From Chthoniobacteraceae bacterium (GTDB lineage: Bacteria; Verrucomicrobiota; Verrucomicrobiia; Chthoniobacterales; Chthoniobacteraceae): DNA of 44,537 nt. The notes beneath the pieces were generated by a model that saw nothing but the letters and a program-made list of their open reading frames with translations, was not told the origin of the DNA and searched no databases. The translations under genes were made by a program, and so were the position numbers. Every line of letters starts with the position of its first letter. The stretch's first letter is position 1. Location: assembly GCA_031409335.1 (NCBI GenBank), contig JANNWY010000041.1, positions 1 through 44,537 of the forward strand, written 5' to 3'. Of the stretch, positions 9,402 through 18,658 are shown in pieces.

Positions 9402-11111
9402 CTACGGCTTTTTCAAAACGGTGCCGGTTTTCTTCGCGAGCGTGGTGAAGTCGTCGGTCTGCCGCTGCCATGCGGCTTCGAGTTCCTTCACCTTTTCTGG
9501 GAACTTGGCGGCGAGGTTGTGCTGCTCGGCGCGGTCGGTTTTCAGGTCGTAGAGTTCCCACGGCGTGCCGCTGGCGGCGACGAGTTTCCAGTCGCCCACG
9601 CGGATGGCGCGGTGGCCTTCGTGCAGCCACCAGAGGCTATCGCGCTCGATGGCCACATCCTCCGCAAACGCAGGCAGCAGGCTCTTTCCCGGCGGGGCGG
9701 GCACCGGCTCGCCGTCCAGCTCGCGCGGCTTTTCCACGCCAGCGAGCGCGAGCGCGGTGGGGACGAAGTCAATGAGATGCGCCGCCGTGTGGCGCAGCTC
9801 GCCGCGCGCGGCGATGCCCGCCGGCCAGTGCGCGATGAGCGGCGTGGCAATGCCGCCTTCATGCACCCACGTTTTGTGGCGGCGATGCGGCGTATTGCAC
9901 GCGCTGGAAAAGCCGGGGCCGAGCGAAAGATACGTGGCGGCGCTGCCGGGCGAGGCGCTCGGGTCGTGGCCGCCGTCGCGCACGAGCATCTCGGCGGTCG
10001 CGCCGTTGTCGGAGGCGAAAAGGATGAACGTGTTTTCAAATGCACCCATCGCTTTGAGCTGCGCGACCACGCGGCCTATCTCGCGGTCCATGCGGTCCAC
10101 CATCGCGGCGTGGATGGACATTTTTGTGGCCTGAAATCGGCGCTGTTCGTCGCTGAGTTCGCTCCACGGCAGCGGGGGGTTGATTTCGCCGGGGCCGAGT
10201 TTTTCCAGCACGCCGGGCTGCACATGCGGCGGGCCGACTTCGCGCTCCAGCGGCGAGAGCGCGGTGGTGGTGATACCCATTTCTTTTTGCCGCGCATACC
10301 GCGCCTCACGCATCGCGTCCCAGCCGCCGAGATATTTGTCGCGATACTTCGCGATGTCCTCCGGCAGCGCGTGCAGCGGGAAGTGCGGCGCGTGGAAGGC
10401 GATGTATTGGAAGAATGGCTGGTCCGCGTGCTGCGCCGCGTGCTCGCGCAGGCACTCGATCGCGTGCTCCGCCGTGGCCGCTGTGACGTAATAGCCGCTC
10501 TCGTCCGCCGCCGGCTTCACCGCCACATCGTCGCGCGCGGTGCCGCGCGCGGTGAAGTAGTTGCCCGGATTGCTCATCGCCAGCGAGCGGTCGAAGCCGC
10601 CCGCGAGGATTTTGCCATCAATGTGCCACTTGCCGCTGTGGTAGCTGCGATAGCCCGCGGGCTTTAATAAATCCGGCAGCAGCCGCGCCCACTTTTGCCG
10701 CACGCCCCCGACACCGCCGCGCAACTCCGGCAGCGAATCACGGTGAATCTGCTGCGCGTAGTATCCCGTGAGCATCGCCCCGCGCGAAGGCCAGCAGCGC
10801 GCCGTGTTGTAGAGCTGCGTAAAGCGCACGCCGCCCTTCGCCAGCGCATCGAGCTGGGGCGTCTCGATTTCCCCGCCGTAGCAGCCGGGGTCGGAATAAC
10901 CGAGGTCGTCGGCGAGGATGATGACGATGTTCGGTTTCGGTGCGGCGACGGCGGCGGTGCAGAGGCAGAAGAGAATGGCGGTGAGAGTTGCACCGCAGAG
11001 GCGGGATGAGCGCAGAGCGGCAGTGGAGATTCGCTTTGAAATAGTTTCTCTGCGTCCTTCCCGCCTCTGCGGTGGAATCTCTGGCTCAGGGGAAAGTAGG
11101 GCGTTTTTCAT
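9402..11111 (-). CDS. Arylsulfatase (formylglycine-dependent)
   Basis: KPNIVIILADDLG, CWPSRGAMLTG (CxPxR), GKWH, SDNG and ELYDL...E motifs. Confidence 0.93.
   Translation of the reverse strand: MKNALLSPEPEIPPQRREGRRETISKRISTAALRSSRLCGATLTAILFCLCTAAVAAPKPNIVIILADDLGYSDPGCYGGEIETPQLDALAKGGVRFTQLYNTARCWPSRGAMLTGYYAQQIHRDSLPELRGGVGGVRQKWARLLPDLLKPAGYRSYHSGKWHIDGKILAGGFDRSLAMSNPGNYFTARGTARDDVAVKPAADESGYYVTAATAEHAIECLREHAAQHADQPFFQYIAFHAPHFPLHALPEDIAKYRDKYLGGWDAMREARYARQKEMGITTTALSPLEREVGPPHVQPGVLEKLGPGEINPPLPWSELSDEQRRFQATKMSIHAAMVDRMDREIGRVVAQLKAMGAFENTFILFASDNGATAEMLVRDGGHDPSASPGSAATYLSLGPGFSSACNTPHRRHKTWVHEGGIATPLIAHWPAGIAARGELRHTAAHLIDFVPTALALAGVEKPRELDGEPVPAPPGKSLLPAFAEDVAIERDSLWWLHEGHRAIRVGDWKLVAASGTPWELYDLKTDRAEQHNLAAKFPEKVKELEAAWQRQTDDFTTLAKKTGTVLKKP
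10991..11074. repeat. 84-bp palindromic repeat element inside the sulfatase 5' coding region
   Basis: CACCGCAGAGGCGGGA (10991-11006) is the exact reverse complement of TCCCGCCTCTGCGGTG (11059-11074), with further inner pairing CGCAGAG/CTCTGCG. Confidence 0.8.
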
Positions 11112-11138
11112 GGCGGATGGTTATTTCGTGTCGGGTGG

Positions 11139-12854
11139 TCAGTCGGTGAGTTTTGCGCGAATCTGCGCAACCATGCGGCGACTCACCTTTGCGTCGTTTT
11201 GCCACATGACATTGGAGGAGTCGGATGCGGCGAGGCGTTCATCAATGACAAGGCTGCGCTCCATGTGAGGCAGAGCATCGCGCCAGCGAGACTGCTTCAT
11301 CATCACCTCCGCAATCATGGCGTTGCTATAGGAAAGGTCGCACTGCCACGCGGCGAGGCGTTCGGCGATGGCCAGCGCGTTGGTGAAGCGCCGCAGCGCG
11401 CCGGGCAGGTTGCCCTGCGCCACGGCCAAGTCCCCGAGCTGGTTGTGCGACACGGAGAGGAGGCGTTGGGAGTCACGGTTCTCCGGCGCTTGGGCGAGGA
11501 GTTGTTGCGCCAAGGTCTGGCATTGCTGCGCGTCGGCAAGGGCGGTAGCCAGGGTGCCGTAGCTTTGGGCTTGGATGGATTGCGTGTAGAGGAAGTAGGC
11601 GAAGTCGCTGAGTAGCGTGGGCCATGCGGGCTCCAGCTCCAGCAGTTGGGCGTAGGCAGCGCGGGCTTTGTCATTTTCGCCGCGCGTAGCTTGGAGTTCG
11701 GCGGCTTTGAGCAGGGGCGCAAGTTCGGTGCGGTTTTGTTCGTGCCTGGCGGCGTCGATGGCGGCGTTGCGGGTGTGGATTCGGTCGAGGACTCCGGCTT
11801 TTTGCTGGTCGGCGTAAGCGAGCGCGGTCTCGACGCGGTCTTTTTCCGCAGGGTCGGAGAGGATGCGAATCATCTCGCGCATGACGGCGGTGGTGTTGGG
11901 GTCGTCGGCGAGGCGGATGAAGTCGGCGATGTGGTAGTCGATGCGGGAGAGGCGGCCCTCATGGGCGGCAGCAGCAGCGGCGCGGAGGCGCTGGCGCTCT
12001 GCGGAGGGCGTGGCGCGTTCGGCGGCAGCGTTATCTTCGGCGAGCTTGCGCCCGGAGGCTTCGCGGTAGGCGGCACGGATGCTCTCGGGATTGGCCTTTT
12101 GGCCTTGGAGGACGGCGGCGATGCCGGCGTCGTGGCTCTTTTTGAACTGCCAGAGTCCCGCGCCGATGACGACGAGCGCGAGGAGGATGACGGCAAAGGC
12201 TTTGATGCCGAGGCACCGGGTGCGGATGACTTCGGTCTTTACCGCCGCGATGCCTGCGGCGAGGTCGCTGAGTTCTTGCTGGGCTTTGGCGCAGGCGGCG
12301 CGGTCGAGTTTATGGAGGGTGCCGACGGCGGCGGCGACGGCAGTGAGCAGGGCGGCGACGTTTGGGATGCTCTCGTTGCTGGTGCGGTCTGCGGCGGTGT
12401 TGGGCAGCGGGGTGTTTTCAAAAGTGCTGCGCTCGACGCGCTGGCGGTGCGCCTGCTGGAGGCGCTGTTTGCGGGCGATGTCGGCGGGGTCTGTGCCTTC
12501 CTCGGTGAAGCCGGCTTTTGAAAGTGCGGGGGCGCAGACGAAGGCGATGAGGTCTTTTTTCTCCCGGTGGCCGAGGTAATACTCGAGCTGCGTCCACGAG
12601 CACTGGAAGTCGGGGGCGTCGGGGAAAGGGTCGGTGGCGTCGGAGCCATGGCCGAGGCCGGCAAGGTGGATGATGCAGTCGCTCTCGGCGATGGTTTCGG
12701 TGAGCAGGCGCTTTACGTTGCCGGGGGCGGAGGAGAGGCTTTCGTCGTGGGTGAGGACGCGGAAGCCGCCGCGCCGGAACGCACCGTCGAGGACTTCGCG
12801 CCATTCCCGCAGGTCAATGGAAGCGGCGCTGAGGAAGACGGTGGGTGTGCTCAT
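11139..12854 (-). CDS. DUF4062-like N-terminal domain, transmembrane helix and TPR-repeat protein
   Basis: Start VFLSAASIDLREWRE...IAESDCIIHLAG...SWTQLEY matches the DUF4062 pattern. TM segment FAVILLALVVIGAGLW. C-terminal repeats such as QRLLSVSHNQLGDLAVAQGNLPGALRRF and LAASDSSNVMWQND. Confidence 0.75.
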   Translation of the reverse strand: MSTPTVFLSAASIDLREWREVLDGAFRRGGFRVLTHDESLSSAPGNVKRLLTETIAESDCIIHLAGLGHGSDATDPFPDAPDFQCSWTQLEYYLGHREKKDLIAFVCAPALSKAGFTEEGTDPADIARKQRLQQAHRQRVERSTFENTPLPNTAADRTSNESIPNVAALLTAVAAAVGTLHKLDRAACAKAQQELSDLAAGIAAVKTEVIRTRCLGIKAFAVILLALVVIGAGLWQFKKSHDAGIAAVLQGQKANPESIRAAYREASGRKLAEDNAAAERATPSAERQRLRAAAAAAHEGRLSRIDYHIADFIRLADDPNTTAVMREMIRILSDPAEKDRVETALAYADQQKAGVLDRIHTRNAAIDAARHEQNRTELAPLLKAAELQATRGENDKARAAYAQLLELEPAWPTLLSDFAYFLYTQSIQAQSYGTLATALADAQQCQTLAQQLLAQAPENRDSQRLLSVSHNQLGDLAVAQGNLPGALRRFTNALAIAERLAAWQCDLSYSNAMIAEVMMKQSRWRDALPHMERSLVIDERLAASDSSNVMWQNDAKVSRRMVAQIRAKLTD

Positions 12855-12990
12855 CGTGGTGTGAGTGCGAGTGCGCGCACCCGTCGCGAGTGGGAGGTGT
12901 TCACGGCGTGGGATGCTGGCAGACGGGCGCGGGGGTGTCGAATGAGGAGACGTGATTTGTGGGAACAGCGGGACTGAGTCGCGGGCGTTC

Positions 12991-13010
12991 GGAGTCCCGC
13001 CTTCAGGCGG
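12991..13010 (+). repeat. GGAG-type REP-like palindrome
   Basis: GGAG-TC-CCGCCT-TC-AGGCGG, intergenic, upstream of the DUF4062 gene. Confidence 0.5.
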
Positions 13011-13181
13011 TTCGGGCGCGAGGGAATTCTTGGACGGCTTGGCCGTCCCGCAGCGTGGTCGTGGCGTAGAAGTTCTCCTTTGGCACGGGCCACGGTTTTC
13101 ACCGCTGCGCTGACGTGGAGGCTGGATAGAACCAGGAGCAACAGCGTGAACCATCCCGTCTCTGCGGAGTATCAGTTGGTG

Positions 13182-14561
13182 TCATTTATTCTGCGGTCGT
13201 TTTTTTTGATTCGCGCCGCCGGGGCCCCAGTCTTCGTTTTTCACGGAGCTGCCGGGGAAGACGGGGGCGATGAGTTCTTTGTTCCATGCCTCCAGCGTGG
13301 CGGTGAGACGGGTGGTGAGTTCGCCGTTTTCGGCGGCGAGGTTCTTCTTTTCTCCAAGGTCGGCGGCGAGGTCGTAGAGTTCCGGCGGCTGCTCGCCATT
13401 GCGAATGAGTTTCCAGTTTCCCTCGCGGATGGCGAAGGACTGCTTGCCGGACATCCGCCAGAGCAGGCGCTCGTGCGGCGGCGTTTTCACGGCGCCGGCG
13501 AGGTGCGGGATGATGTTCACGCCGTCGTATTTTTTGTCGGTCGGCATCGGTATGGCGGCGGCGGCGAGTGCGGTGGCGAAGACGTCGAGCGATGACACGG
13601 GATGGTCGAAGGTCGCGCCTGCGGGGAGCTTCGCGGGCCAGCTCACGAGGAAGGGCACGCGCACGCCGCCTTCGTAGAGCGTGCCTTTGATGGCGCGCAG
13701 TGGGTCGTTTTCGGGGCCATTTGCCGGGCCGCCGTTGTCGCTAAAAAAGAAGATCAGTGTGCGCTCGTGCTGCGCGGTCTCGATGAGTGCGGCAGTGACG
13801 GCGCCGATGGCGTCGTCGAGCAGGCTGATTTGCGCCAGGTAGCGACGACGCTGCGGATTCTGGATGTGCGCGAATTTTTCCAGACGCTCGACGCTCGGCT
13901 CATGGGGCGTGTGCGGCGCGTTGAAGGGCAGGTAGAGCATCCACGGCTGCTCTTTGTTACGGCGGATGAAACCGGCGGCCTCGTCGCCGAGCGCGGTGGT
14001 GAGATGCGGCGGCACGTCCTTGATGTTTTCGCCGCTGCGGATGAGCGGCAGCGTGTATTGCCGTTCGTTGGGCTGCCAGCCGGAGAAGCGATGTCCGCCG
14101 CCGATGAAGCCGAATGATTCATCGAACCCACGCTGCCACGGCACGTAGGCCGGAGCGGAGCCGAGGTGCCATTTGCCAATCCAGCCCGTGCGATAGCCCG
14201 CGTCCTTGAGAAATTGCGGCAGTAACTTTTCCGTGAGCGGCAGTCCTTCCTTGTCGTCGAGCGGGTCATAGACCGGATTGTTCTCATGCCCGAAGCGCGA
14301 CTGATGCCGCCCCGTGAGCAATCCCGCGCGCGACGGCGAGCAGACCGGATACGTGACGTAACCGCTCGTGCAGCGCACACCGGATTTCGCCAGCGCGTCG
14401 AGATACGGCGTCACGGCCTGCTTGCTGCCTTGGAAACCAGCGTCGGCATAGCCGTGGTCGTCGCTGACGATGATGAGGATGTTTAGCCTTTCGGCGGCGA
14501 TGGAGGGGCCGCAGCAGAGGGCGCAGATGGCGAGGATGATCGCTGTAAGTTTGGAGTTCAT
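13182..14561 (-). CDS. Sulfatase
   Basis: Signal peptide, NILIIVSDDHG, CSPSRAGLLTG, GKWHLG, SDNGG and KGTLYEGGVRVP. Confidence 0.93.
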   Translation of the reverse strand: MNSKLTAIILAICALCCGPSIAAERLNILIIVSDDHGYADAGFQGSKQAVTPYLDALAKSGVRCTSGYVTYPVCSPSRAGLLTGRHQSRFGHENNPVYDPLDDKEGLPLTEKLLPQFLKDAGYRTGWIGKWHLGSAPAYVPWQRGFDESFGFIGGGHRFSGWQPNERQYTLPLIRSGENIKDVPPHLTTALGDEAAGFIRRNKEQPWMLYLPFNAPHTPHEPSVERLEKFAHIQNPQRRRYLAQISLLDDAIGAVTAALIETAQHERTLIFFFSDNGGPANGPENDPLRAIKGTLYEGGVRVPFLVSWPAKLPAGATFDHPVSSLDVFATALAAAAIPMPTDKKYDGVNIIPHLAGAVKTPPHERLLWRMSGKQSFAIREGNWKLIRNGEQPPELYDLAADLGEKKNLAAENGELTTRLTATLEAWNKELIAPVFPGSSVKNEDWGPGGANQKKRPQNK

Positions 14562-14728
14562 TTCGGTGGCATGGTGGTGGCTCGAAGCAAGGTAACGCGA
14601 GCATAGAAGGCAATGCACCAATCTGCACCGTCGTTGGTTTGAAAAATGGCGTGGAGTTGCGTGTGACCTGCGGGGAGTCTGATCTTTTTTGCGTGGTAAA
14701 GGCAAGGGAAGGCAGGCTACATGTGGCC

Positions 14729-15925
14729 ATGCACTCCCGCTCTACTCCCGCCACCCTTGCTATCCCCGCTGCGCTCTACCTTGCGCTCACCGGCTTTTCC
14801 GCCGAGCCCGCGCTGCCGGGCATCGGCGCTGCCATGCGGGAGGCGGTTGCGAAAAACGAAATCGCCGGTGCCATCACCGTGGTGGCTAAGGCGGACAAGC
14901 TCCTTCATCTCGAAACTACCGGCCTCGCGGATGTCGCCGCGAATAGACCCATGGCGACGGACACGTTATTCTGGATCGCTTCCATGACGAAGCCGATCAC
15001 CGGTGCCGCGATCTTGATGCTGCAAGATGAGGGTAAGCTGAACGTGGCTGATCCGGTTGCGAAATACCTGCCCGAGTTTGCCAGTCTAAAGACGCCATCT
15101 GGCAAGCCCGCGAATCTCACGATTACGCAAATCCTCACGCATGTCTCGGGTCTCGGCGAGGCGGGTGGCCCTGCGGTAAAGGAGGCGAAGACGCTGGCCG
15201 ACCTGGTCCCGATCTGGCTGGCGGCTCCGATGCAGTATGAACCTGGTGCGAAATGGAGTTACACGCAGAGTGGCATCAACACTGCCGCGCGCATCGTCGA
15301 GGTGGTGAGTGGGATGACGTTTGATGGGTTTCTTCAGAAGCGGCTTTTCGATCCGCTGGGAATGAAGGACACGACATTTTACCCGACCGACGCGCAGCGC
15401 GGGCGACTCGTCACCGCCTATGCGAAAAACAAGGACACAGGATTGCTCGAAGCCGTGCCGCCGCGTCCCGAATTTGGTCCGCGCGACCGCCCGCCGCAGG
15501 GTAATGGCGGGCTTTACTCCACCGCGAACGACTACGCGCGCTTCTGCCAGATGCTCCTTGGCGGTGGTTCATTTGGGGACCATCGCTACCTTAGTGTGGA
15601 GGCGATGAAATTCCTTGCGACGCCGCAGACCGGCGAGTTGCCGACGGGTTTCTTTCAGAGCAACACTTATGGCAATCGGGGAACCAACTATGGCTGGGGC
15701 CTTGGCACCTGCATCCTGCGCACGCCGCACGACGGCGTGGCTGCGATGCTTTCACCTGGCAGCTTTGGCCACGGCGGCGCATGGGGCACGCAGGCGTGGG
15801 TCGATCCGGTGAAGGGTGTGGCCTATCTGCTGATGGTCCAGCGCGCGAACTTCCCAAACAGCGATGCCAGCGATGTCCGCCGCGCATTCCAGGAGGCAGC
15901 GGCAAAGGCTATCGAGTCCTTGTAA
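14729..15925 (+). CDS. Serine hydrolase, beta-lactamase (AmpC/esterase) family
   Basis: FWIASMTK (SxxK), LTHVSGL, PGAKWSY, LFDPLGMKDT and FGHGGAWGT; N-terminal signal peptide. Confidence 0.9.
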   Translation: MHSRSTPATLAIPAALYLALTGFSAEPALPGIGAAMREAVAKNEIAGAITVVAKADKLLHLETTGLADVAANRPMATDTLFWIASMTKPITGAAILMLQDEGKLNVADPVAKYLPEFASLKTPSGKPANLTITQILTHVSGLGEAGGPAVKEAKTLADLVPIWLAAPMQYEPGAKWSYTQSGINTAARIVEVVSGMTFDGFLQKRLFDPLGMKDTTFYPTDAQRGRLVTAYAKNKDTGLLEAVPPRPEFGPRDRPPQGNGGLYSTANDYARFCQMLLGGGSFGDHRYLSVEAMKFLATPQTGELPTGFFQSNTYGNRGTNYGWGLGTCILRTPHDGVAAMLSPGSFGHGGAWGTQAWVDPVKGVAYLLMVQRANFPNSDASDVRRAFQEAAAKAIESL

Positions 15926-15948
15926 GGGAAGCTCGGATGCGGGGAAGG

Positions 15949-17559
15949 CTACTTCGCCGTGAGCGCGCCGCGCTCGTCCGCGAGTGCCCCGGTCTTTTCC
16001 AGGAAGTAATCGTAGCCACCGGGATAAGGCATCACTTTTCCACCGCTGACGTGGAGCACCTTGGTGGCTAGCTTGCGGATGAAGTGTACATCGTGGGAAA
16101 TGAAGACGAGTGTGCCTTCGTAACTGCCGAGTGCGAGGCTGAGGGATTCGACGGCGTGGATGTCGAGATGGGTCGTCGGCTCGTCCATCAGCAGGATGTT
16201 CGGCGGATCGACGAGGAACTTGATGAGATTGAGCCGGCTCTTCTCGCCGCCACTGAGCACCTCGGTCTTCTTGTAGATTTCCTCTTTGCGAAAAAGGAAC
16301 GAGCCGAGGATGCCGCGCGCTTTGTTTTCGACGAGCGTCGGTGCGGCTTCCATCACTTCCTGGAGCACGGTTTTGTTCGGATCGAGCGTGTCGGAGCGAT
16401 GCTGGCTGAAGTATCCGATCTTTGCGTTGAGCCCTTCCTTGCGTTCGCCCTTTTGGAAAGGGACGACGTTCGCGAGGATCTTTAGCAGCGTGGATTTTCC
16501 CGCGCCATTCGGACCCACCAAGACGGTGCGCTCGCCGCGTTCCACTTCAAGATCGAGACCCGTGTAAACCTTCGTCTCGCCGTAGGCCATGTGGATGCCG
16601 GTGAGCGTGACGGCGCGCGATCCGCCGCGCGGCGGCTGGGGTATCTGAAAGCGGAATGGCTTGCGCGGAGGCACGGGCTTTTCGATGAGATCCATGCGTT
16701 CGATCTGCTTGAGCTTGCTCATGGCTTGCGAAGCCTTCGATGCCACTTGCCGAAAGCGGTCGTAGAATTCGCGCAGCGCCGCGATTTCCTTTTGCTGGTT
16801 TTTGTAAGCGGCGTTCTGCTGCTCGTATTTCGCCTCTTTTTGCACGAGGAACGCGGAGTAATTGCCGGTGTAGGCGTCGAGCTTGCGATCGGAGATTTCG
16901 TGGACGCTTTCCACGATCTCATCCATGAACTGCCAGTCGTGCGAGATCATCAGCACCGCGCCGGAATAGGTCTTCAGATACTGCTGGAGCCAAAGCAGCG
17001 AGAGCAGGTCGAGGTGGTTCGTAGGCTCATCGAGCAACAGCAAATCGGGCTCCATCACGAGCAGCCGGGCAAGATGCGCGCGCATGACCCAGCCACCGCT
17101 GAGTTCGCGCGCCTTGCGCTCGAAATCGGTTTCGCGATAGCCAAGGCCACGCATGATTTTCTTGGCCTTGGCTTCCACTTCAGGGTTGCTGAGCGCTTCG
17201 TGCTTGGCGTGGGCTTCGAGATACTCGGGAGTGTCCACGGTGCCGGCTTTCTCCAGTTCGTGCAGCCGCTTTTCGAGTGTGGGAATTTCGTCCGCGCGTC
17301 CCGTGGCGACATCCATGACGGTCGCTTCGCCCACCGCTTCGGCTTCCTGCGGAAGGTAGCCGATCATCGTCCACTCATCGCGTTCGACGGTGCCGGAGTC
17401 AGGCTCGTCGCGGCGCAGGATGATCGAGAAGAGGGTCGATTTTCCCGCCCCGTTCGGGCCAACGAGCGCGACGCGTTCACCGTAGTTCACCGTCATCGAC
17501 GCGCCCTCAAAGAGCGTGCGGCCACCGACAGATTTTCTGAGATCGCGAATCGTGAGCAT
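15949..17559 (-). CDS. ABC-F family ATP-binding protein
   Basis: Two GPNGAGKST Walker A motifs, LSGG signatures, DEPTNHLD and DEPTTHLD Walker B regions, no TM segments. Confidence 0.95.
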   Translation of the reverse strand: MLTIRDLRKSVGGRTLFEGASMTVNYGERVALVGPNGAGKSTLFSIILRRDEPDSGTVERDEWTMIGYLPQEAEAVGEATVMDVATGRADEIPTLEKRLHELEKAGTVDTPEYLEAHAKHEALSNPEVEAKAKKIMRGLGYRETDFERKARELSGGWVMRAHLARLLVMEPDLLLLDEPTNHLDLLSLLWLQQYLKTYSGAVLMISHDWQFMDEIVESVHEISDRKLDAYTGNYSAFLVQKEAKYEQQNAAYKNQQKEIAALREFYDRFRQVASKASQAMSKLKQIERMDLIEKPVPPRKPFRFQIPQPPRGGSRAVTLTGIHMAYGETKVYTGLDLEVERGERTVLVGPNGAGKSTLLKILANVVPFQKGERKEGLNAKIGYFSQHRSDTLDPNKTVLQEVMEAAPTLVENKARGILGSFLFRKEEIYKKTEVLSGGEKSRLNLIKFLVDPPNILLMDEPTTHLDIHAVESLSLALGSYEGTLVFISHDVHFIRKLATKVLHVSGGKVMPYPGGYDYFLEKTGALADERGALTAK

Positions 17560-17641
17560 TTTGAAAAAGGGCCGGACTATGTGCCCGGATCGCCGAAAGC
17601 TCAATGGCCGCCGTCGCGAAAATCCCGCGCGCGCGAAACCG

Positions 17642-18382
17642 TCAGCGCCGCGTCACCCGCACCTCGGGCCGGTAGGTGATGCGAACGAGCAAATCGCCGC
17701 GCCCGCCGCGCGGCTTCGGCAGACCTTCGCCGCGCACCCGCAAAATCTCACCGCGCGATACGCCCGCCTGAATCTCCACGCGCATCGGCGCGCCCGTCGG
17801 TCCCGCGATCATTTCCGACCCGCCTCGGGTCGCGCGTTGTCCGTTGATGCGCAGATCGCATCGCAAATCCGAGCCGCGCGCTTTGAAACGAAATCCCGGC
17901 AAAACGCGCAGCCGGATGATGACGAATCCGCCGTCAAACGGAGCTACGCGCGGAACGCGAATGCGCGAGCCCGGCGCGGTGTCGGGCGGGATTTCGAGGT
18001 CGAAAGTTTCCGCGCCGTTCGGATTCGCGGGATCGTTCACCGAGACCCGCAGCGTCGCGCCGCGAAGGAAATCCTCGATCCGCAGATGGGCATCCTGCGC
18101 GATGTTGCGCTCGATCTTTCCAGAGCGGCGCGGTGTCGCCGGGATTTCACGGGCACCGAGATCGCGATCGTAAGCGCGCCGCCGCGCCGGATCGCTCAGG
18201 ACTTCGTGTGCCGCATTCAGCGCGCGAGATTTCGCGAGCGCATCCTCCGAGTCGGGATTTACGTCGGGATGAAATCGCTTCGCCAGCAAACGGTACGCAC
18301 TGCGAATCTGCGCAGCCGTACAGCGTCGATCGAGCCCGAGAGTTGCGTAGTGATCTTCGTCGTCCGAGTGCAAGCCGCGCAC
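17642..18382 (-). CDS. DnaJ-domain protein (J domain plus DnaJ C-terminal domain, CbpA-like); start uncertain
   Basis: DHYATLG...IRSAYRLLAKRFHPD J-domain motif; C-terminal LRVRGEGLP...GRGDLLV. Confidence 0.85.
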   Translation of the reverse strand: MRGLHSDDEDHYATLGLDRRCTAAQIRSAYRLLAKRFHPDVNPDSEDALAKSRALNAAHEVLSDPARRRAYDRDLGAREIPATPRRSGKIERNIAQDAHLRIEDFLRGATLRVSVNDPANPNGAETFDLEIPPDTAPGSRIRVPRVAPFDGGFVIIRLRVLPGFRFKARGSDLRCDLRINGQRATRGGSEMIAGPTGAPMRVEIQAGVSRGEILRVRGEGLPKPRGGRGDLLVRITYRPEVRVTRR

Positions 18383-18473
18383 AATACCGCGCCGCCATCG
18401 CATCACCAGCCCCGCCTTTTCCCATTGCTGCGCAGGGCATTCGCGATACAAGAAAGCGCCTCAAAACGACCGA

Positions 18474-18558
18474 GCCGGTGTGGCGAAATGGCAGACGCAA
18501 CGGACTTAAAATCCGTTTGGGCGAAAGCTCAGTGCGGGTTCGAGTCCCGCCACCGGCA
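18474..18558 (+). tRNA. tRNA-Leu (anticodon TAA), CCA not encoded
   Basis: Acceptor stem GCCGGTG/CACCGGC plus discriminator A; D-arm TGGCGAAATGGCAGACGC; anticodon arm ACGGA-CTTAAAA-TCCGT; long variable arm; T-loop GGTTCGAGTCC. Confidence 0.96.
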
Positions 18559-18658
18559 GATCGCGAATTGCCGCCCGGCTGGGCATGGCGCGAGGGGGTG
18601 ATTGCGGGCTCGTCAGATCGGGAATGCTTTTTGTGAAGGAGCGCCTATACGCCTGCCG

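Noticed and set aside
13040..13185. Signal-peptide-like remnant (GWFTLLLLVLSSLHVSAA) on the minus strand
   Set aside because: No convincing start codon and too short to assign; it may be a gene relic but I cannot support that.
14729..15925. Antibiotic-resistance beta-lactamase
   Set aside because: The motifs support only the broad serine hydrolase/esterase family.
15949..17559. ARE-type antibiotic-resistance ABC-F
   Set aside because: Nothing visible distinguishes it from housekeeping ABC-F proteins; subfamily HMMs would be needed.
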